From Eledone cirrhosa (taxonomy: Eukaryota): DNA of 64,000 nucleotides. Made by a program: the position numbers and the translations under genes. Position 1 is the first letter of the stretch; the number at the start of each line of letters is the position of its first letter. The DNA lies in assembly GCA_964016885.1 (NCBI GenBank), contig OZ024758.1, forward strand, positions 8,618,001 through 8,682,000, in the 5' to 3' direction. The notes under the pieces were generated by a model. It was not told the origin of the DNA and did not search any database. It was given only the letters and a program-made list of their open reading frames with translations. Of the stretch, positions 14,188 to 27,989 are shown one piece after another.

Positions 14188-15457
14188 TTTTATGTGCCCG
14201 TATGTATGTATATATACTTCTCGTTTAATCATTTCCCTATCCTGGACAATTATGTTATTTCATTAACATCAACAACAACAACAACAACAAATACTATGAA
14301 TATGGAAACTCTAACGTCGACGACGACGATGTTTCATTTAATTTAAACCATAGGAAGTATATAGACATCTCTCGCCTCCAAACATTGGAGAGTGACTCAC
14401 TCTAGAAGCAGTTATCTAAAGGTTCAATTAACAGGCATTGCAATATTATCAAAAACGAGTCTGATTTCTGATTATTTCTTTATTTATTTACTTATTTTAT
14501 TTTATTTAACTTTTATTTGTTTATTTTATTTTATTGTATTTCATCTTTACTTTTGTTTGGTATTGTTTGTTGTTGTTGTTGTTGTTGATGATGATTTTTC
14601 CAATCTGGATGAAATGACATTGCCGAAGTTGTGGTGAATGTCTGACAACGTATAGTACTCTCTAGATTCTTATCTGACGGATTAAGAACTGAACACAAAA
14701 CAAAATAGAATAAAACAAAACAAAACTCATTTGCAAATAGCTGTTCAAAAAAGATAGTCTAAATCAGTCGATAATTAGCTTCATCAGAGATTTTAATTAA
14801 CAACTGGTTGTTGCCAAGGAATATTATACATACTCTCTTACTGAATATATTTACTTTCCCCGAGATTATTTTTTATATTATACTTATTTTATTTATTTTA
14901 TTTATTTTATTTATTTTATATTTTATTTGTGTCTTTATTTATATATTTATTCCTCCATTTGTTCTTTCATTGCTTTATTGTCTTTTGGAATGTTACGGAT
15001 TGAAGAAGTCTTCCAGATTGTTTTAAGACGCCGCCCACTAAACAATTCCAATTCTCTGGAAAATTGGATTAAATTAAACAAATGTAAAGAAGGAAAAAAA
15101 ATGAAATGTTTAAGAAAATCTTTCTAGTTTTTTTTGTTTGTTTCGTTTTTGCTCCTGTATAGTTTAGTTTTCTGAGATGGTTTTATTTATTATTTTCTGT
15201 TTTCATAGAAATCATTGCCATTTCTTGTTTACTTTTCAGCTTAAAATTCTCACAGTAAACAGGAGTCGTTTAAAAACGTTTGTTTACGACTGTTTACGGG
15301 GTGAAATCTTGTCGAGTAATTCACAAAATTTTAGTATTTTCAGTATCAAATTATATTTAAGGTAAATTCCCTTTAATATCCAACAACATCCGAAAAATAT
15401 ATTGATATCCTTCTCAATATGTTTTATTAGTTGGTCCGGGTTAGAAATTCATTCCAT

Positions 15458-15662
15458 TACGAGGATCGGTTGAAAAATTCATAGGCTGACTAAGATATTC
15501 TCATGGAATCACCAAATAAGGTTTATTTTTCAACATAGCCCCCTCCGTAAAGAAACAATGTAGTTATTAATAAGAAGAGTTGAATTTAATGCATGCAAGA
15601 TTTCACAGCTCTAGCATCACTCCTTCATAGCCAGCCTATGAACTTTTCATTCAACCCTCGTA
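15458..15662. mobile_element. Mariner/Tc1-type MITE with ~30-bp TIRs and TA TSD
   Basis: tacgaggatcggttgaaaaattcataggctg / cagcctatgaacttttcattcaaccctcgta. Confidence 0.88.
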
Positions 15663-16810
15663 CTCTATTCGAATATCACAGTTCAAATCCTACCGAGGTC
15701 AACTTTACCTTTCATCCTTCCGGGGACGATAAAATAAAGTACCAGTCATATTCTGAGGGTTGATTTGATGGCCTTGTGCCTAAATACGAAATCAATATTT
15801 TAAAACCTTTTGTCAAATTTAGAAATCATTATTAAGTTGGTGGTTGAAACATAACTTAACACAGGTTCTTTCATAAAAATATGGTGGACGGTTTTTAGAT
15901 AAATATAATACTTTAAAATAAAAGGGTTTGTATGGTGAAATCAGGGACGGTTTCAGGCGATTTGCTGTCAAAAGTGTTAAATGTGGTTTCAGTAACATTT
16001 AATCTTCTAGGTAGAGCGATGGGGCTATAGCAAGTAATACCCCCCCCCCCCTCTCCGACAAATAAAGTAAATAAATCATGTGATCTATGAACGGAGTTAA
16101 TGAGGGGTTTTAAATGACTTTTCAATGAATCAGCATTTCATTAACATATCAACCCACACTCCTTCGCCTCTAGCTGTCTAATAAATTACAATACTCCTTA
16201 AAGCCACTGTCGGCCAGAGTTGACCATATATCAACACTGAGCGCAGACTTGGACTAAGTTTTTTTTTTTATAGAAGACTCACAGCAAGTCTTTCTCCTCT
16301 CCACATTACTGATGGAGTACAAAGAAAAGATAAAGTGTGATACAGTCCGGCACCAATGTGAACTCTAGCCAACGAAAAGTGTAAAGAGCTAGAACAAATA
16401 CCTTAAGAGTTTGTCATTTACTCTAACAATTCCGACAACCTTGCCCAGTACTATATTTTATCGATCTCTGCGGGACAAACATCAAAGTTAACTTAGGGGT
16501 TACGTAGCCGGAATAAATATCACAAGACAGTTTGTCTAATGCTCTAACAATCTGACAATCCACTGTCTTTGAATAGTAATATACTAAAACAAAGTACTAT
16601 CTCCCTACTGACCCCTATAGATCTCTACCTTATTACCTCTAACCCTTATAGATTCTTAAACTTGTAATAAACTATAAGCCTAACATAGGTTAACTCCTTT
16701 CTCCTCTCAACTTAAAAGAAGGGATTGCCTGCCCTTTTCACGCTTTCTAAGGTCCTATATTCATATTCGTGTGACAGACAAACAGAAAGACGGAGAAACA
16801 GCTCTTTTAT

Positions 16811-18353
16811 AATAATGATTTTATCAACCCTGAAATAATGATTTCTAGTATCAACCCGGAAATAATGATTTCTAGTATCAACCCGGAAATAACGATTTCT
16901 AGTATCAACCCGGAAATAATGATTTCTAGTATCAACCCGGAAATAACGATTTCTAGTATCAACCCTGAAATAATGATTTCTAGTATCAACCCTGAAATAA
17001 CGATTTCTAGTATCAACCCTGAAATAACGATTTCTAGTATCAACCCGGAAATAATGATTTCTAGTATCAACCCGGAAATAACGATTTCTAGTATCAACCC
17101 TGAAATAATGATTTCTAGTATCAACCCTGAAATAACGATTTCTAGTATCAACCCTGAAATAACGATTTCTAGTATCAACCCGGAAATAATGATTTCTAGT
17201 ATCAACCCGGAAATAACGATTTCTAGTATCAACCCTGAAATAACGATTTCTAGTATCAACCCTGAAATAATGATTTCTAGTATCAACCCTGAAATAACGA
17301 TTTCTAGTATCAACCCTGAAATAACGATTTCTAGTATCAACCCTGAAATAATGATTTCTAGTATCAACCCTGAAATAACGATTTCTAGTATCAACCCTGA
17401 AATAACGATTTCTAGTATCAACCCTGAAATAATGATTTCTAGTATCAACCCTGAAATAACGATTTCTAGTATCAACCCGGAAATAACGATTTCTAGTATC
17501 AACCCGGAAATAACGATTTCTAGTATCAACCCTGAAATAATGATTTCTAGTATCAACCCTGAAATAACGATTTCTAGTATCAACCCTGAAATAACGATTT
17601 CTAGTATCAACCCGGAAATAATGATTTCTAGTATCAACCCTGAAATAACGATTTCTAGTATCAACCCTGAAATAACGATTTCTAGTATCAACCCGGAAAT
17701 AATGATTTCTAGTATCAACCCGGAAATAACGATTTCTAGTATCAACCCGGAAATAACGATTTCTAGTATCAACCCTGAAATAATGATTTCTAGTATCAAC
17801 CCGGAAATAATGATTTCTAGTATCAACCCTGAAATAATGATTTCTAGTATCAAGCCGGAAATAATGATTTCTAGTATCAACCCTGAAATAATGATTTCTA
17901 GTATCAACCCGGAAATAATGATTTCTAGTATCAACCCTGAAATAATGATTTCTAGTATCAACCCGGAAATAACGATTTCTAGTATCAACCCGGAAATAAC
18001 GATTTCTAGTATCAACCCTGAAATAATGATTTCTAGTATCAACCCTGAAATAATGATTTCTAGTATCAACCCGGAAATAACGATTTCTAGTATCAACCCG
18101 GAAATAATGATTTCTAGTATCAACCCTGAAATAACGATTTCTAGTATCAACCCTGAAATAACGATTTCTAGTATCAACCCTGAAATAACGATTTCTAGTA
18201 TCAACCCGGAAATAACGATTTCTAGTATCAACCCGGAAATAATGATTTCTAGTATCAACCCGGAAATAACGATTTCTAGTATCAACCCTGAAATAACGAT
18301 TTCTAGTATCAACCCGGAAATAACGATTTCTAGTATCAACCCGGAAATAATGA
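16811..18353. repeat. 27-bp minisatellite (~57 copies) inside a minus-strand SINE
   Basis: Unit atttctagtatcaaccc(g/t)gaaataa(c/t)g; the right end continues as aaggcaaagttgacct (SINE body) and the SINE head to ~18455. Confidence 0.95.
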
Positions 18354-18667
18354 AAGGCAAAGTTGACCTGGGTGGGCACGGTCAATAAAAAAAAAAACAG
18401 AATAAATAGCGCAAGGCATTTTCTCCAATGTCCAAGCGATTCGGCCAATCGGCCATCAAACACAACAGTAATGTACTAGGTTTATGTCAAGAAAGTAGAG
18501 TCACTTCTCTATAAATTCATTGCCCTCCGCCTAATGAAAATAAATGCATTCTCTTATCACGTTATTTCACCGCAGCTATTTATTTATTCTTTAAACTTGG
18601 GAATTATTGACGACTGATGGTCTTGTCTATATGTTTGTATGGCTATACATTTGTATGTATATGTGCC

Positions 18668-19372
18668 TGTGTCTCTGAGTGTGTTTGTGTGTATATCACT
18701 GTGTGTCTCTGTGTCTCTGAGTGTGTTTGTGTGTATATCACTGTGTGTGTATGTGTGTTTGTGTGTATATCACTGTGTGTGTCTGTGTCTCTGAGTGTGT
18801 TTGTGTGTATATCACTGTGTGTCTATGTCTCTGAATGTGTTTGTGTGTATATCACTGTGTGTGTATGTGTGTTTGTGTGTATATCACTGTGTGTGTATGT
18901 GTCTCTGAGTGTGTTTGTGTGTATATCACTCTGTGTGTATGTGTCTCTGAGTGTGTTTGTGTGTATATCACTGTGTGTGTCTGTGTCTCTGAGTGTGTTT
19001 GTGTGTATATCACTGTGTATCTATGTCTCTGAATGTGTTTGTGTGTATATCACTGTGTGTGTATGTGTGTTTGTGTGTATATCACTGTGTGTGTCTGTGT
19101 CTCTGAGTGTGTTTGTGTGTATATCACTGTGTGTCTATGTCTCTGAATGTGTTTGTGTGTATATCACTGTGTGTGTATGTGTGTTTGTGTGTATATCACT
19201 GTGTGTGTATGTGTCTCTGAGTGTGTTTGTGTGTATATCACTGTGTGTATGTGTCTCTGAGTGTGTTTGTGTGTATATCACTCTGTGTGTATGTGTCTCT
19301 GAGTGTGTTTGTGTGTATATCACTGTGTGTGTATGTGTCTCTGAGTGTGTTTGTGTGTATATCACTGTGTGT
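18668..19372. repeat. GT-derived compound minisatellite (~32-42 bp units)
   Basis: Recurrent gtctctgagtgtgtttgtgtgtatatcactgtgt. Confidence 0.9.
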
Positions 19373-19973
19373 ATTTATGTGTGCAAGTATATATGAGTGA
19401 TTGTCGCTTTGTGTAGGTTGTCTATACGTGTCTGTGCAGATGCCTGTGTCATTGTGTGTAGCTATATATCTATGTCCATATTAGTGTGTATGTATCACTG
19501 TATGCGTGTGTTTATGTACGTATGTACAAACGTGTGTAAATATATGTGTATGTATGAATGCATGTATGTATGTACGTATGCATACGTGTGTATGTATGTA
19601 TATATGTATATATGTATGTATGTATGTGTGTGTATGTATGTATGTATGTTTGTATGTATGTATAGATGTGTGTATGTATGTTTGTATTATGTATGTATGT
19701 ATGTATATGTATTCATGTATGTATGTATGCATGCATGTATGTATGTATATATGTATATATGTATGTATGTGTGTGTATGTATGTATGTATGTATGCATAT
19801 ATGTATGTTTGTATGTATGTGTGTATGTATGTATGTATATGTATGTATGCATGTATGTATGTATGTATGTATGCGTGTATATATGTATATATGTATGTAT
19901 GTATGTGTGTGTGTATTATGTATGCGTGTGTATGTATGTTTGTATGTATGTATGTATGTATGTGTGTATGTAT

Positions 19974-20042
19974 GCATCGGTAGGGGTTCTCCTACATGGA
20001 TATAAAGTAGTGGCCGTACTCGAAAACGAGTTGGCAGCCACC
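19974..20042 (+). mobile_element. Short 3' end of the (TACA)n-embedded RTE-like element
   Basis: Reverse complement of 56119-56187; followed by (ATGT)n. Confidence 0.8.
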
Positions 20043-20203
20043 ATGTATGTATATATGTATATATGCGTGTATGTATGTATGTATGTATGTATGTATATAT
20101 GTATGTATGTATGTACGTATGTACGAGTATATACGTATAAGTGAATGTCACATTCTTTACGTGTTAAACTCTGGCAATGCGTTGCAATGTGTGTATGTGT
20201 CGT

Positions 20204-20236
<33 letters not shown>

Positions 20237-20739
20237 ATGTGTGTGTGAGAGCGCATGTATGTGTGAAGGGGCTGTACATGCGTGTGTGACAGTATATGTT
20301 TCTAGTGCAGTGTTTGTATCAGTATGTAATTGTCACAGTATGTGTATATATATATATGTGTGCGTGTGTGTGTGTGTGTGTACGTCTAGCTATGTCCGTC
20401 TGTCTGTGTGAGTGCGTGACTGTCTATTACTAAGAATCTGTGTTTTCGGCAGGGTCTGTTACTATGACTACCAGTACGTATGTGTCAGCAGGTGTACAGA
20501 CGGTGTGTACGGAGGCTGTATTTAGCAGAATGTTATCAATTAATGTCACAATGATAGGTGTATAAAGATGAGACTACTGGGAACTCTATATTAATTAACT
20601 AATTGTACCATCAACTCATTAGTTTTGAAAGCAATGTTTTTAAGCCTGTCTTGAGGATTTGCTTCGCCACATACCCAGACGCGCTTCCGTACACATATAT
20701 ACACACTGCGTTTATTCTTTTACGACACCTCTCCCTCCA

Positions 20740-20802
<63 letters not shown>

Positions 20803-20855
20803 CGGGTGTATGTGCGTATATGTGTGTTTGCGCACGTGTATCTGAGCGCGTTCGA

Positions 20856-20976
<121 letters not shown>

Positions 20977-21232
20977 TTCTTTCCTTCCTTTCATTCTTGA
21001 AGGACTCACTTCCTGGTAAGTCGAGAAGGTGCCGTCGCGACAAACGCTGTGTTTTTGGCAATTTAAACCCGATGGAATCCTTCTCCAGGATTCTGACGGA
21101 GGCAGAACACTTTCCAAAAAAAAAAAAAAGCAACAACAAGAAGACCTCACAGTTTAAACTGAAATTTCAAAGTCACTGCCATCTTCCTACTTAGATATAT
21201 ATATGTGTATGTGTATATATATATATATAGAG

Positions 21233-21438
21233 AGATGAGATTCTACAGGACTAGAACTGTTTCATTCTTTAGAAATCATTAGGAATCTGGTACCAGATCT
21301 GAGCCAGATTCCTGATGATTTCTAAAGAATGAAACAGTTCTAGTCCTGTAGAATCTCATCTATATTAAAACTTTTATACTCTGCTATGTATTGAGTACCT
21401 TACTTACTGTGGTTACCTCCGATTCAACCCGTAATAAC

Positions 21439-21440
<2 letters not shown>
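21233..21440 (+). mobile_element. PLE-like pLTR fragment, family A, with inverted 5' copy, in (TA)n
   Basis: Inverted arms ~21233-21290 / 21304-21361, then the family-A tail ...gtattgagtaccttacttactgtggttacctccgattcaacccg. Confidence 0.85.
21306..21356 (+). ncRNA. Type I hammerhead ribozyme, family A (intact)
   Basis: AGATTC-CTGATGA-t TTC taaa GAA t-GAAA-CAG ttctagtc CTG-TA|GAATCT; predicted GUA cleavage after 21350. The inverted copy at 21238-21288 has CTAATGA (G5A). Confidence 0.88.
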
Positions 21441-21477
<37 letters not shown>

Positions 21478-21547
21478 GTAAAAAACAATAACAAGGAGAC
21501 CAATTAGGAAAAGTGTTTGGTATTAGGTTCACGCTTGAGAGTGGGGA

Positions 21548-21617
<70 letters not shown>

Positions 21618-21631
21618 AAATATATATATAT

Positions 21632-21856
21632 GTACTCCCTGTATGTGTTCTCAGATGTGAGAAAAACCACAGACCATCCATCTCAACTCTACTTTTGAAA
21701 AGCAGAAGAACTGCGAAACCGGTAAAGGAACCAAATAAATATATATATTTTTTTTAATAAGACTCCAGTTGCATTTTCGATTTCATCTTTTTTTCTTCAT
21801 ACTTTCACTCGTGTAGGACACCTCGGTTATTTTTCATTTTGTAAAAAAAACCTCAC

Positions 21857-21862
<6 letters not shown>
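21632..21862 (+). mobile_element. (TA)n-embedded element, family C
   Basis: Copies on the minus strand at 41781-42075 (with inversion), 54687-54755 and 55042-55252; all end in ...cctcactttctaa(ta)n or a close variant. Confidence 0.8.
21692..21727 (+). ncRNA. Minimal hammerhead ribozyme variant, family C (core UUGAAAA, U3-A8)
   Basis: CTT-TTGAAAA-GCAG aagaa CTGC-GAAA-CCGG-TA|AAG; the same core occurs at 41893-41928 (-) and 55182-55217 (-). Helix I is only ~3 bp. Confidence 0.6.
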
Positions 21863-21893
<31 letters not shown>

Positions 21894-22462
21894 CATTTTA
21901 GCCTATTTCAATAAATTCAAATTTTGCCTTTACATTTTGCTGTTTAGTTAGGGTAGAAAGGACGGCAGCCATAAACGTTTTAAGAGTGACGGAGACTTTT
22001 GGGGTGGAAGATGGTAACCTCAATCCAGAAACCTGAACAGAATACTTGCAACAAAGTGAATCCCGTTAAACACCATCAATAGACATGTGATGGTGTTAGA
22101 CCGAGCAGGATTTTAGCTGAGGTCGTATTGCCGAAGAAAGTCCCACAAGGTATTGCATACGAGGCTTTAACAATGTTGCCAATACATCACTCTCAGTTGT
22201 TACTATACTCGAGAAGAAGATTTCGTCGGTATTTGAACTGAGGGCATATAGTACCCGTATAGACACGCTCTCACATTTTCTCTACACATTACAGTCTCTG
22301 CTAGTTCAACGTTTTCTAACGATTGCCCATAAAAACGTCTGGGCCAAGGATTCTTTATTCAACCATTTCTTTATAAGATGATATTCAGCTATATATTGAA
22401 CAATTTTTTTAAAATTATAAATCAATATTATTGATAAACACCCACATCATATATATACATAT

Positions 22463-22548
<86 letters not shown>

Positions 22549-22551
<3 letters not shown>

Positions 22552-22634
22552 AACGAGTAGGACCCCGACGGCTGAGCTCAAGCCGTTTCGACGGCTAATT
22601 CTGGTCCATCTGGTTCCGTACCACATTTCCTTCG

Positions 22635-22640
<6 letters not shown>
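22549..22640. mobile_element. (TA)n-embedded element, family B (inverted/deleted copy)
   Basis: Shares segments with 40130-40335 and 47384-47587. Confidence 0.8.
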
Positions 22641-22681
<41 letters not shown>

Positions 22682-22688
<7 letters not shown>

Positions 22689-22870
22689 GTTTGAATATGT
22701 GTAATAAGGCCAAAACAATGCAGGTATGGACATAGAAAAAAGAATGCAATATCTTTTACTATTGCATTCTTTTTTCTATGTCCATACCTGCATTGTTTTG
22801 GCCTTATTACACATATTCAAACGTTTATACCTCATTACACAATGCTTCAAGTGAACTATAACCTCCTCCT

Positions 22871-22872
<2 letters not shown>
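22682..22872 (+). repeat. Perfect 70-bp inverted repeat (22682-22751 / 22760-22829) plus a short tail, between (TA)n tracts
   Basis: Arms are exact reverse complements around the 8-nt spacer tcttttac; same architecture as the hammerhead-bearing elements. Confidence 0.9.
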
Positions 22873-22941
<69 letters not shown>

Positions 22942-23042
22942 TTTACATATATATATTTACATATATATATATACATTTATATATATACATATATATACAT
23001 ATATATATATATACATATATATATATATGTGTGTGTGTGTAT

Positions 23043-23090
<48 letters not shown>

Positions 23091-23092
<2 letters not shown>

Positions 23093-23448
23093 GTGAAAGA
23101 ATGAAGAGTACAATAAGGGTTGGCTGTACAATAAGGACCTTTATTTCAAGTACTGACAATCGTTTCATTGATCAGGTGAGTCTAGAGGTCGCTAATCAAT
23201 GAAACCTGATCAATGAAACAATTGTCAATACCTGAAACAAAGCCCCTTATTGTACAGCCAACCATGTTACTCTTCATTCTTTCACTATTATTACTCCAAG
23301 TATAACCTACATAGGAATTACCGCGAACCCGCTGCCTAAATATGGAAACATCTTGTTGAGTCAAACAAAGCCGTACGTTAAAACTCTCCACAGTACAGAG
23401 TACTCACAACCTCTAACTGGATTACTTATAACGATAACTTGTTATCCC
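23091..23448 (+). mobile_element. (TA)n-embedded element, family F, with ~85-bp imperfect inverted arms and hammerhead 3' half
   Basis: Arms 23091-23177 / 23205-23288; GAAACAATTGTC at 23215-23226; a related GAAACGGTCGTA occurs at ~33303-33314 (-). Confidence 0.65.
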
Positions 23449-23573
<125 letters not shown>

Positions 23574-23826
23574 GGCGCGTGGCTTAGTGGTTAAAGCATT
23601 GGGCTTGCAATCGAAAGGTTGCGAGTTCAATTCTCGGACCGGGTGATGTGTTGTTTCCTTGAGCAAGACACTTTATTTCACGTTGCACCAGTTTACTCAG
23701 CTGTAGAAATGAGTACCGGCCTGCCCGCCCAGCCAGTGGGATGGCCTTATTTTATGGCTAAAACAGCACGACATGCTGTGACCAGCGGCGCAGATTGGCG
23801 CCCGACAGGCTGGTCGGTCAAGGTGA
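23574..23826 (+). mobile_element. tRNA-derived CORE-type SINE
   Basis: A box tggcttagtgg, B box gagttcaattc, CORE-like ccttgagcaagacac..ccagtttactcagctgtagaaatgag; truncated relative at 38263-38367. Confidence 0.88.
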
Positions 23827-23880
23827 TATATATATATATATATATATAGAAGTAGTTCCACAACAGTTAATTCACCATTT

Positions 23881-23921
23881 CCGAGAACAATTGTTTCACC
23901 TTAGTCGGATCATCAGCTCGG
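23881..23921 (-). ncRNA. Minimal type I hammerhead ribozyme, family M
   Basis: Reverse complement: CCGAG-CTGATGA-t CC gactaa GG t-GAAA-CAATTG-TT|CTCGG; 5-bp helix I and palindromic helix III. Confidence 0.8.
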
Positions 23922-24738
23922 TTTAAATGAGATGTACGGAAAAGGAAAAGGAAAAACAATTGTACGTACAATTGTTTTTCCTTTTCCGTACAATCTCATC
24001 AGGGAGATGCATACAGTGCATGATTTTCAATGTCGCTGAATACAACACACTACGGAAAGACATATCGTAATAAATGGTTGCGATGGTTGAAATGACTTCA
24101 ACCATTTATTGCGATATGTCATTCCATAATAAAAACAGTTTTTGCTTAACTTCTTATCAAACATTTCATACAGTAAAGGAATGAAATTACTGAGATAAAT
24201 GTTAAATATTTTCATAATAATTTTTAAAAGAATTTTCAAATTAAAAAAAAAAAAAAAAAAAAAACCATACATTTCCTTACATTTCTTAGGCTGTAATCAC
24301 TTATATCATTTATTGTAAACACATTGCTGAATATTTCATTTCATCTCTTAAAGATCAATAAAATTGAAAAAAATAATTAATGGTTACTAGAATTACAAAT
24401 TTATAGAGAAATAATATAGAGAAAATGATATGTTTACTGGTTATGGAATCCTTATAGATGATCATAATTGGGGATGGCAACTGATTACTGAGAAATATTT
24501 ACCAGAAAGGAAAATTAGAAAAAAATATGTATTCAACTGTAGTACATACTCTTGTTCAAAGTCAAATACTTGTTCAAAGTGCAATCAATATACACAGCTT
24601 GTTCTTTAACTGTATATGTTAGCTTGATTAATTTATTTCGATATAGATCAAATGAATATCTGGTGAGATGAGACTGAGTTCTTGTGAGACGTTTTACCTT
24701 CTCTATCTCTATAAATGATATATATGTATATATATATA

Positions 24739-24810
<72 letters not shown>

Positions 24811-24906
24811 AATGAAGTAATTCCGTCGGAAAGGTCCAGGGAAAAAGAGTGCTCTATGTAGGTTACAGAGCTTATTAGTTATGTAATAAACAACATAAGA
24901 TGATTA

Positions 24907-24966
24907 TTTCATTTACCAGTGGTTTCTTGAAAGCAAACAAATTTGCTTTCAGTCATCAGAATGGAA
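24907..24966 (-). ncRNA. Type I hammerhead ribozyme, family G
   Basis: Reverse complement: CATT-CTGATGA-c TGAAAGCAAA tttg TTTGCTTTCA a-GAAA-CCA c TGG-TA|AATG; 10-bp helix II. Confidence 0.8.
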
Positions 24967-25009
24967 AAAAATCCTGGTGTTTTTATTGAAATTGGATTTG
25001 TTTATTACA

Positions 25010-25057
<48 letters not shown>

Positions 25058-25346
25058 CAAGAAAACGATTTTATCAAATTTTATCAGTGATAAAATTTGC
25101 TCCGGACATAACAGACGTGTCTGAAAGAACCCGCAGACGTAGAATCAGCCAGATCCATACAAGGACCATGACTCGAGCTACATGCCGGCGAAACATTTGT
25201 AACACGAAATAAACCAAGTCCAGATGCATCACTGATTTTTCGTTTTCTTGATAATTTATACACTCTACTCTGATGAATATCGAGTGCTAATTTTGGCATA
25301 CCGCCTATGGAAGCACCATAGCTACCACTATACACAAATATATACA

Positions 25347-25542
<196 letters not shown>

Positions 25543-25581
25543 CATACATATATATATACATACATATATATATACATACAT

Positions 25582-25823
<242 letters not shown>

Positions 25824-25970
25824 TCAGTCTACTTCTCTAATTATATTGGGTCGTCAAGTATAACATTTGTAGTGAGGCATAGGGTCATATGTTTTTTTCT
25901 ACAAATTTCATACTTGATGACCCAATATATCTCAGAACGATACCCATTACTAGTAATATCATATATATAC

Positions 25971-26021
<51 letters not shown>

Positions 26022-26026
26022 GATGG

Positions 26027-26063
<37 letters not shown>

Positions 26064-26303
26064 TGTGTTTAGATATGTGTGCATGTATGTATGTATGTGT
26101 GCATGTATGTATGTATGTGTGCATGTGTGTGTGTGGTGTGCGTGAGTGTGCTTGGATGTATGTGTGTATGTATGTATGTGTGTGTATAAACGAATGAGGT
26201 CTGGCATCTTGTTGATTGATCTCTCCTTCTCCTAATAAACACTAAATACTATCAACCTTATGACAGTCATATCAACAACAACGTCAACATTATAACATCA
26301 ACA

Positions 26304-27122
26304 TTATGACAATAAACAGCGTTATGACAATAAACAGCGTTATGACAATAAACAGCGTTATGACAATAAACAACGTTATGACAATAAACAGCGTTATGAC
26401 AATAAACAGCGTTATGACAATAAACAACGTTATGACAATAAACAGCGTTATGACAATAAACAGCGTTATGACAATAAACAACGTTATGACAATAAATGAC
26501 GTTATGACAATAAACAGCGTTATGACAATAAACAGCGTTATGACAATAAACAACGTTATGACAATAAACAGCGTTATGACAATAAACAGCGTTATGACAA
26601 TAAACAACGTTATGACAATAAATGACGTTATGACAATAAACAACGTTATGACAATAAACAACGTTATCACAATAAACAACGTTACGACAATAAACAGCGT
26701 TATTATAATAAACAACGTTACGACAATAAATGACGTTATGACAACAAACAACGTTATGACAATAAATGACGTTATGACATTAAACAACGTTATGACAACA
26801 AACAACGTTATGAAAATAAACAGCGTTATGACAATAAACAACGTCATGACAATAAACAACGTTATGACAATAAACAGCGTTATGACAATAAACAACGTCA
26901 TGACAATAAACAACGTTACGACAATAAATGACGTTATGACAACAAACAACGTTATGACAATAAACAGCGTTATGACAATAAACAACGTCATGACAATAAA
27001 CAGCGTTATGTCAATAAACAACGTTTGACAATAAACAACGTTATGACAATAAACAACGTTATGACAACAAACAACGTTATGACAATAAACAGCGTTATGA
27101 CAATAAACAACGTTATGACAAT
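26304..27122. repeat. 18-bp minisatellite (~45 copies)
   Basis: Unit gttatgacaataaaca(g/a)c; degenerate aacattatgacaata copies flank it to ~27800. Confidence 0.95.
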
Positions 27123-27219
27123 CTTAATATTATGACAATACATTGTGATAAACATCGTCACTATGACGTCAACATCGAATTCATGAAATCGAATTACGAT
27201 ATGAGCCTAACCACTAAGC

Positions 27220-27448
27220 CAGGTATGTCAAACATGCAGTCCATGGGCCGCATGTGGCCCTTTACAAGCAGACCTGCGGCCCGCACAAAGGTTTTTACAG
27301 CGCGAGCGTAATATAAAATCAAAAATATTAGTTGTAACGTACTCAATTAGTTGTCATGTGTGGCCCTCAGACAACACGTGACCCGTGTGGCCCTCAGACA
27401 ACGCGTGACCCGTGTGACCCTCGGGGGACCCTCAGTTTGACATGCCTG
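27220..27448. mobile_element. hAT (Charlie-like) MITE
   Basis: TIRs caggtatgtcaaac / gtttgacatgcctg; subterminal tg(c/t)ggccc repeats; degenerate 8-bp flanks cactaagc / cactatag. Confidence 0.8.
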
Positions 27449-27989
27449 CACTATAGCCATACACGCTTTCACAATATAAACATTATTACAGCAATATCAG
27501 ACAATACCAACATTACAACAACAATATTAAACAATGTTAAAGCAATATTAAACGATATCAACATTATGACAATATAAACATTGAGACAAAACAACATCAA
27601 AGATATCAACAATAGTAAACAATATCAACATTATAAGGCGAAACAACAATATCAAATATTTATCAACATTATTGTAATAATATCAAACAATATCAACATT
27701 ATGACACCAAACAACCAAACAGCAATACCAATCAATTATCAACATTATGACAATATCAAACAATATCAACATTTATGACAATATCAACAACATCGAAGCA
27801 ACATCATCAACAACAAGAGTTCTGACAATGAAATCAAAACAAACTCAATCACTCCCGTCCCTCTCACACTTTATTGATATCTCTAATGGTGGGGGGAGGA
27901 GGGGGGTGAAACAACAACAATAACAACAACAACAACAACAACAACCACAACAAAATAGTATCGTAACGCAAACACTAATGAAGAAAGGC

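Noticed and set aside
15255-15297. pre-miRNA-like hairpin GTAAACAG..GTCGT / ACGACTGTTTAC
   Set aside because: The stem is too short and no recognisable mature miRNA is present.
16712-18463. 516-583 aa ORFs on both strands
   Set aside because: Translations of a stop-free 27-bp minisatellite embedded in a SINE.
23574-23645. tRNA gene
   Set aside because: The tRNA-like head continues into a CORE domain and tail, so it is a SINE.
24500-24600. Cys-rich piggyBac-like tail (CSTYSCSKSNTCSKCNQY)
   Set aside because: Partly caused by a local tandem duplication (cttgttcaaagt twice); no transposase core or TIRs seen.
25266-25330. CTGATGA..GGAA hammerhead candidate
   Set aside because: GAAA is mutated and helix I does not pair; not called.
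26290-27028. 240-aa repetitive ORFs (MTINSV)n / (VITLFI)n
   Set aside because: 18-bp minisatellite artefact with no splice or homology support.
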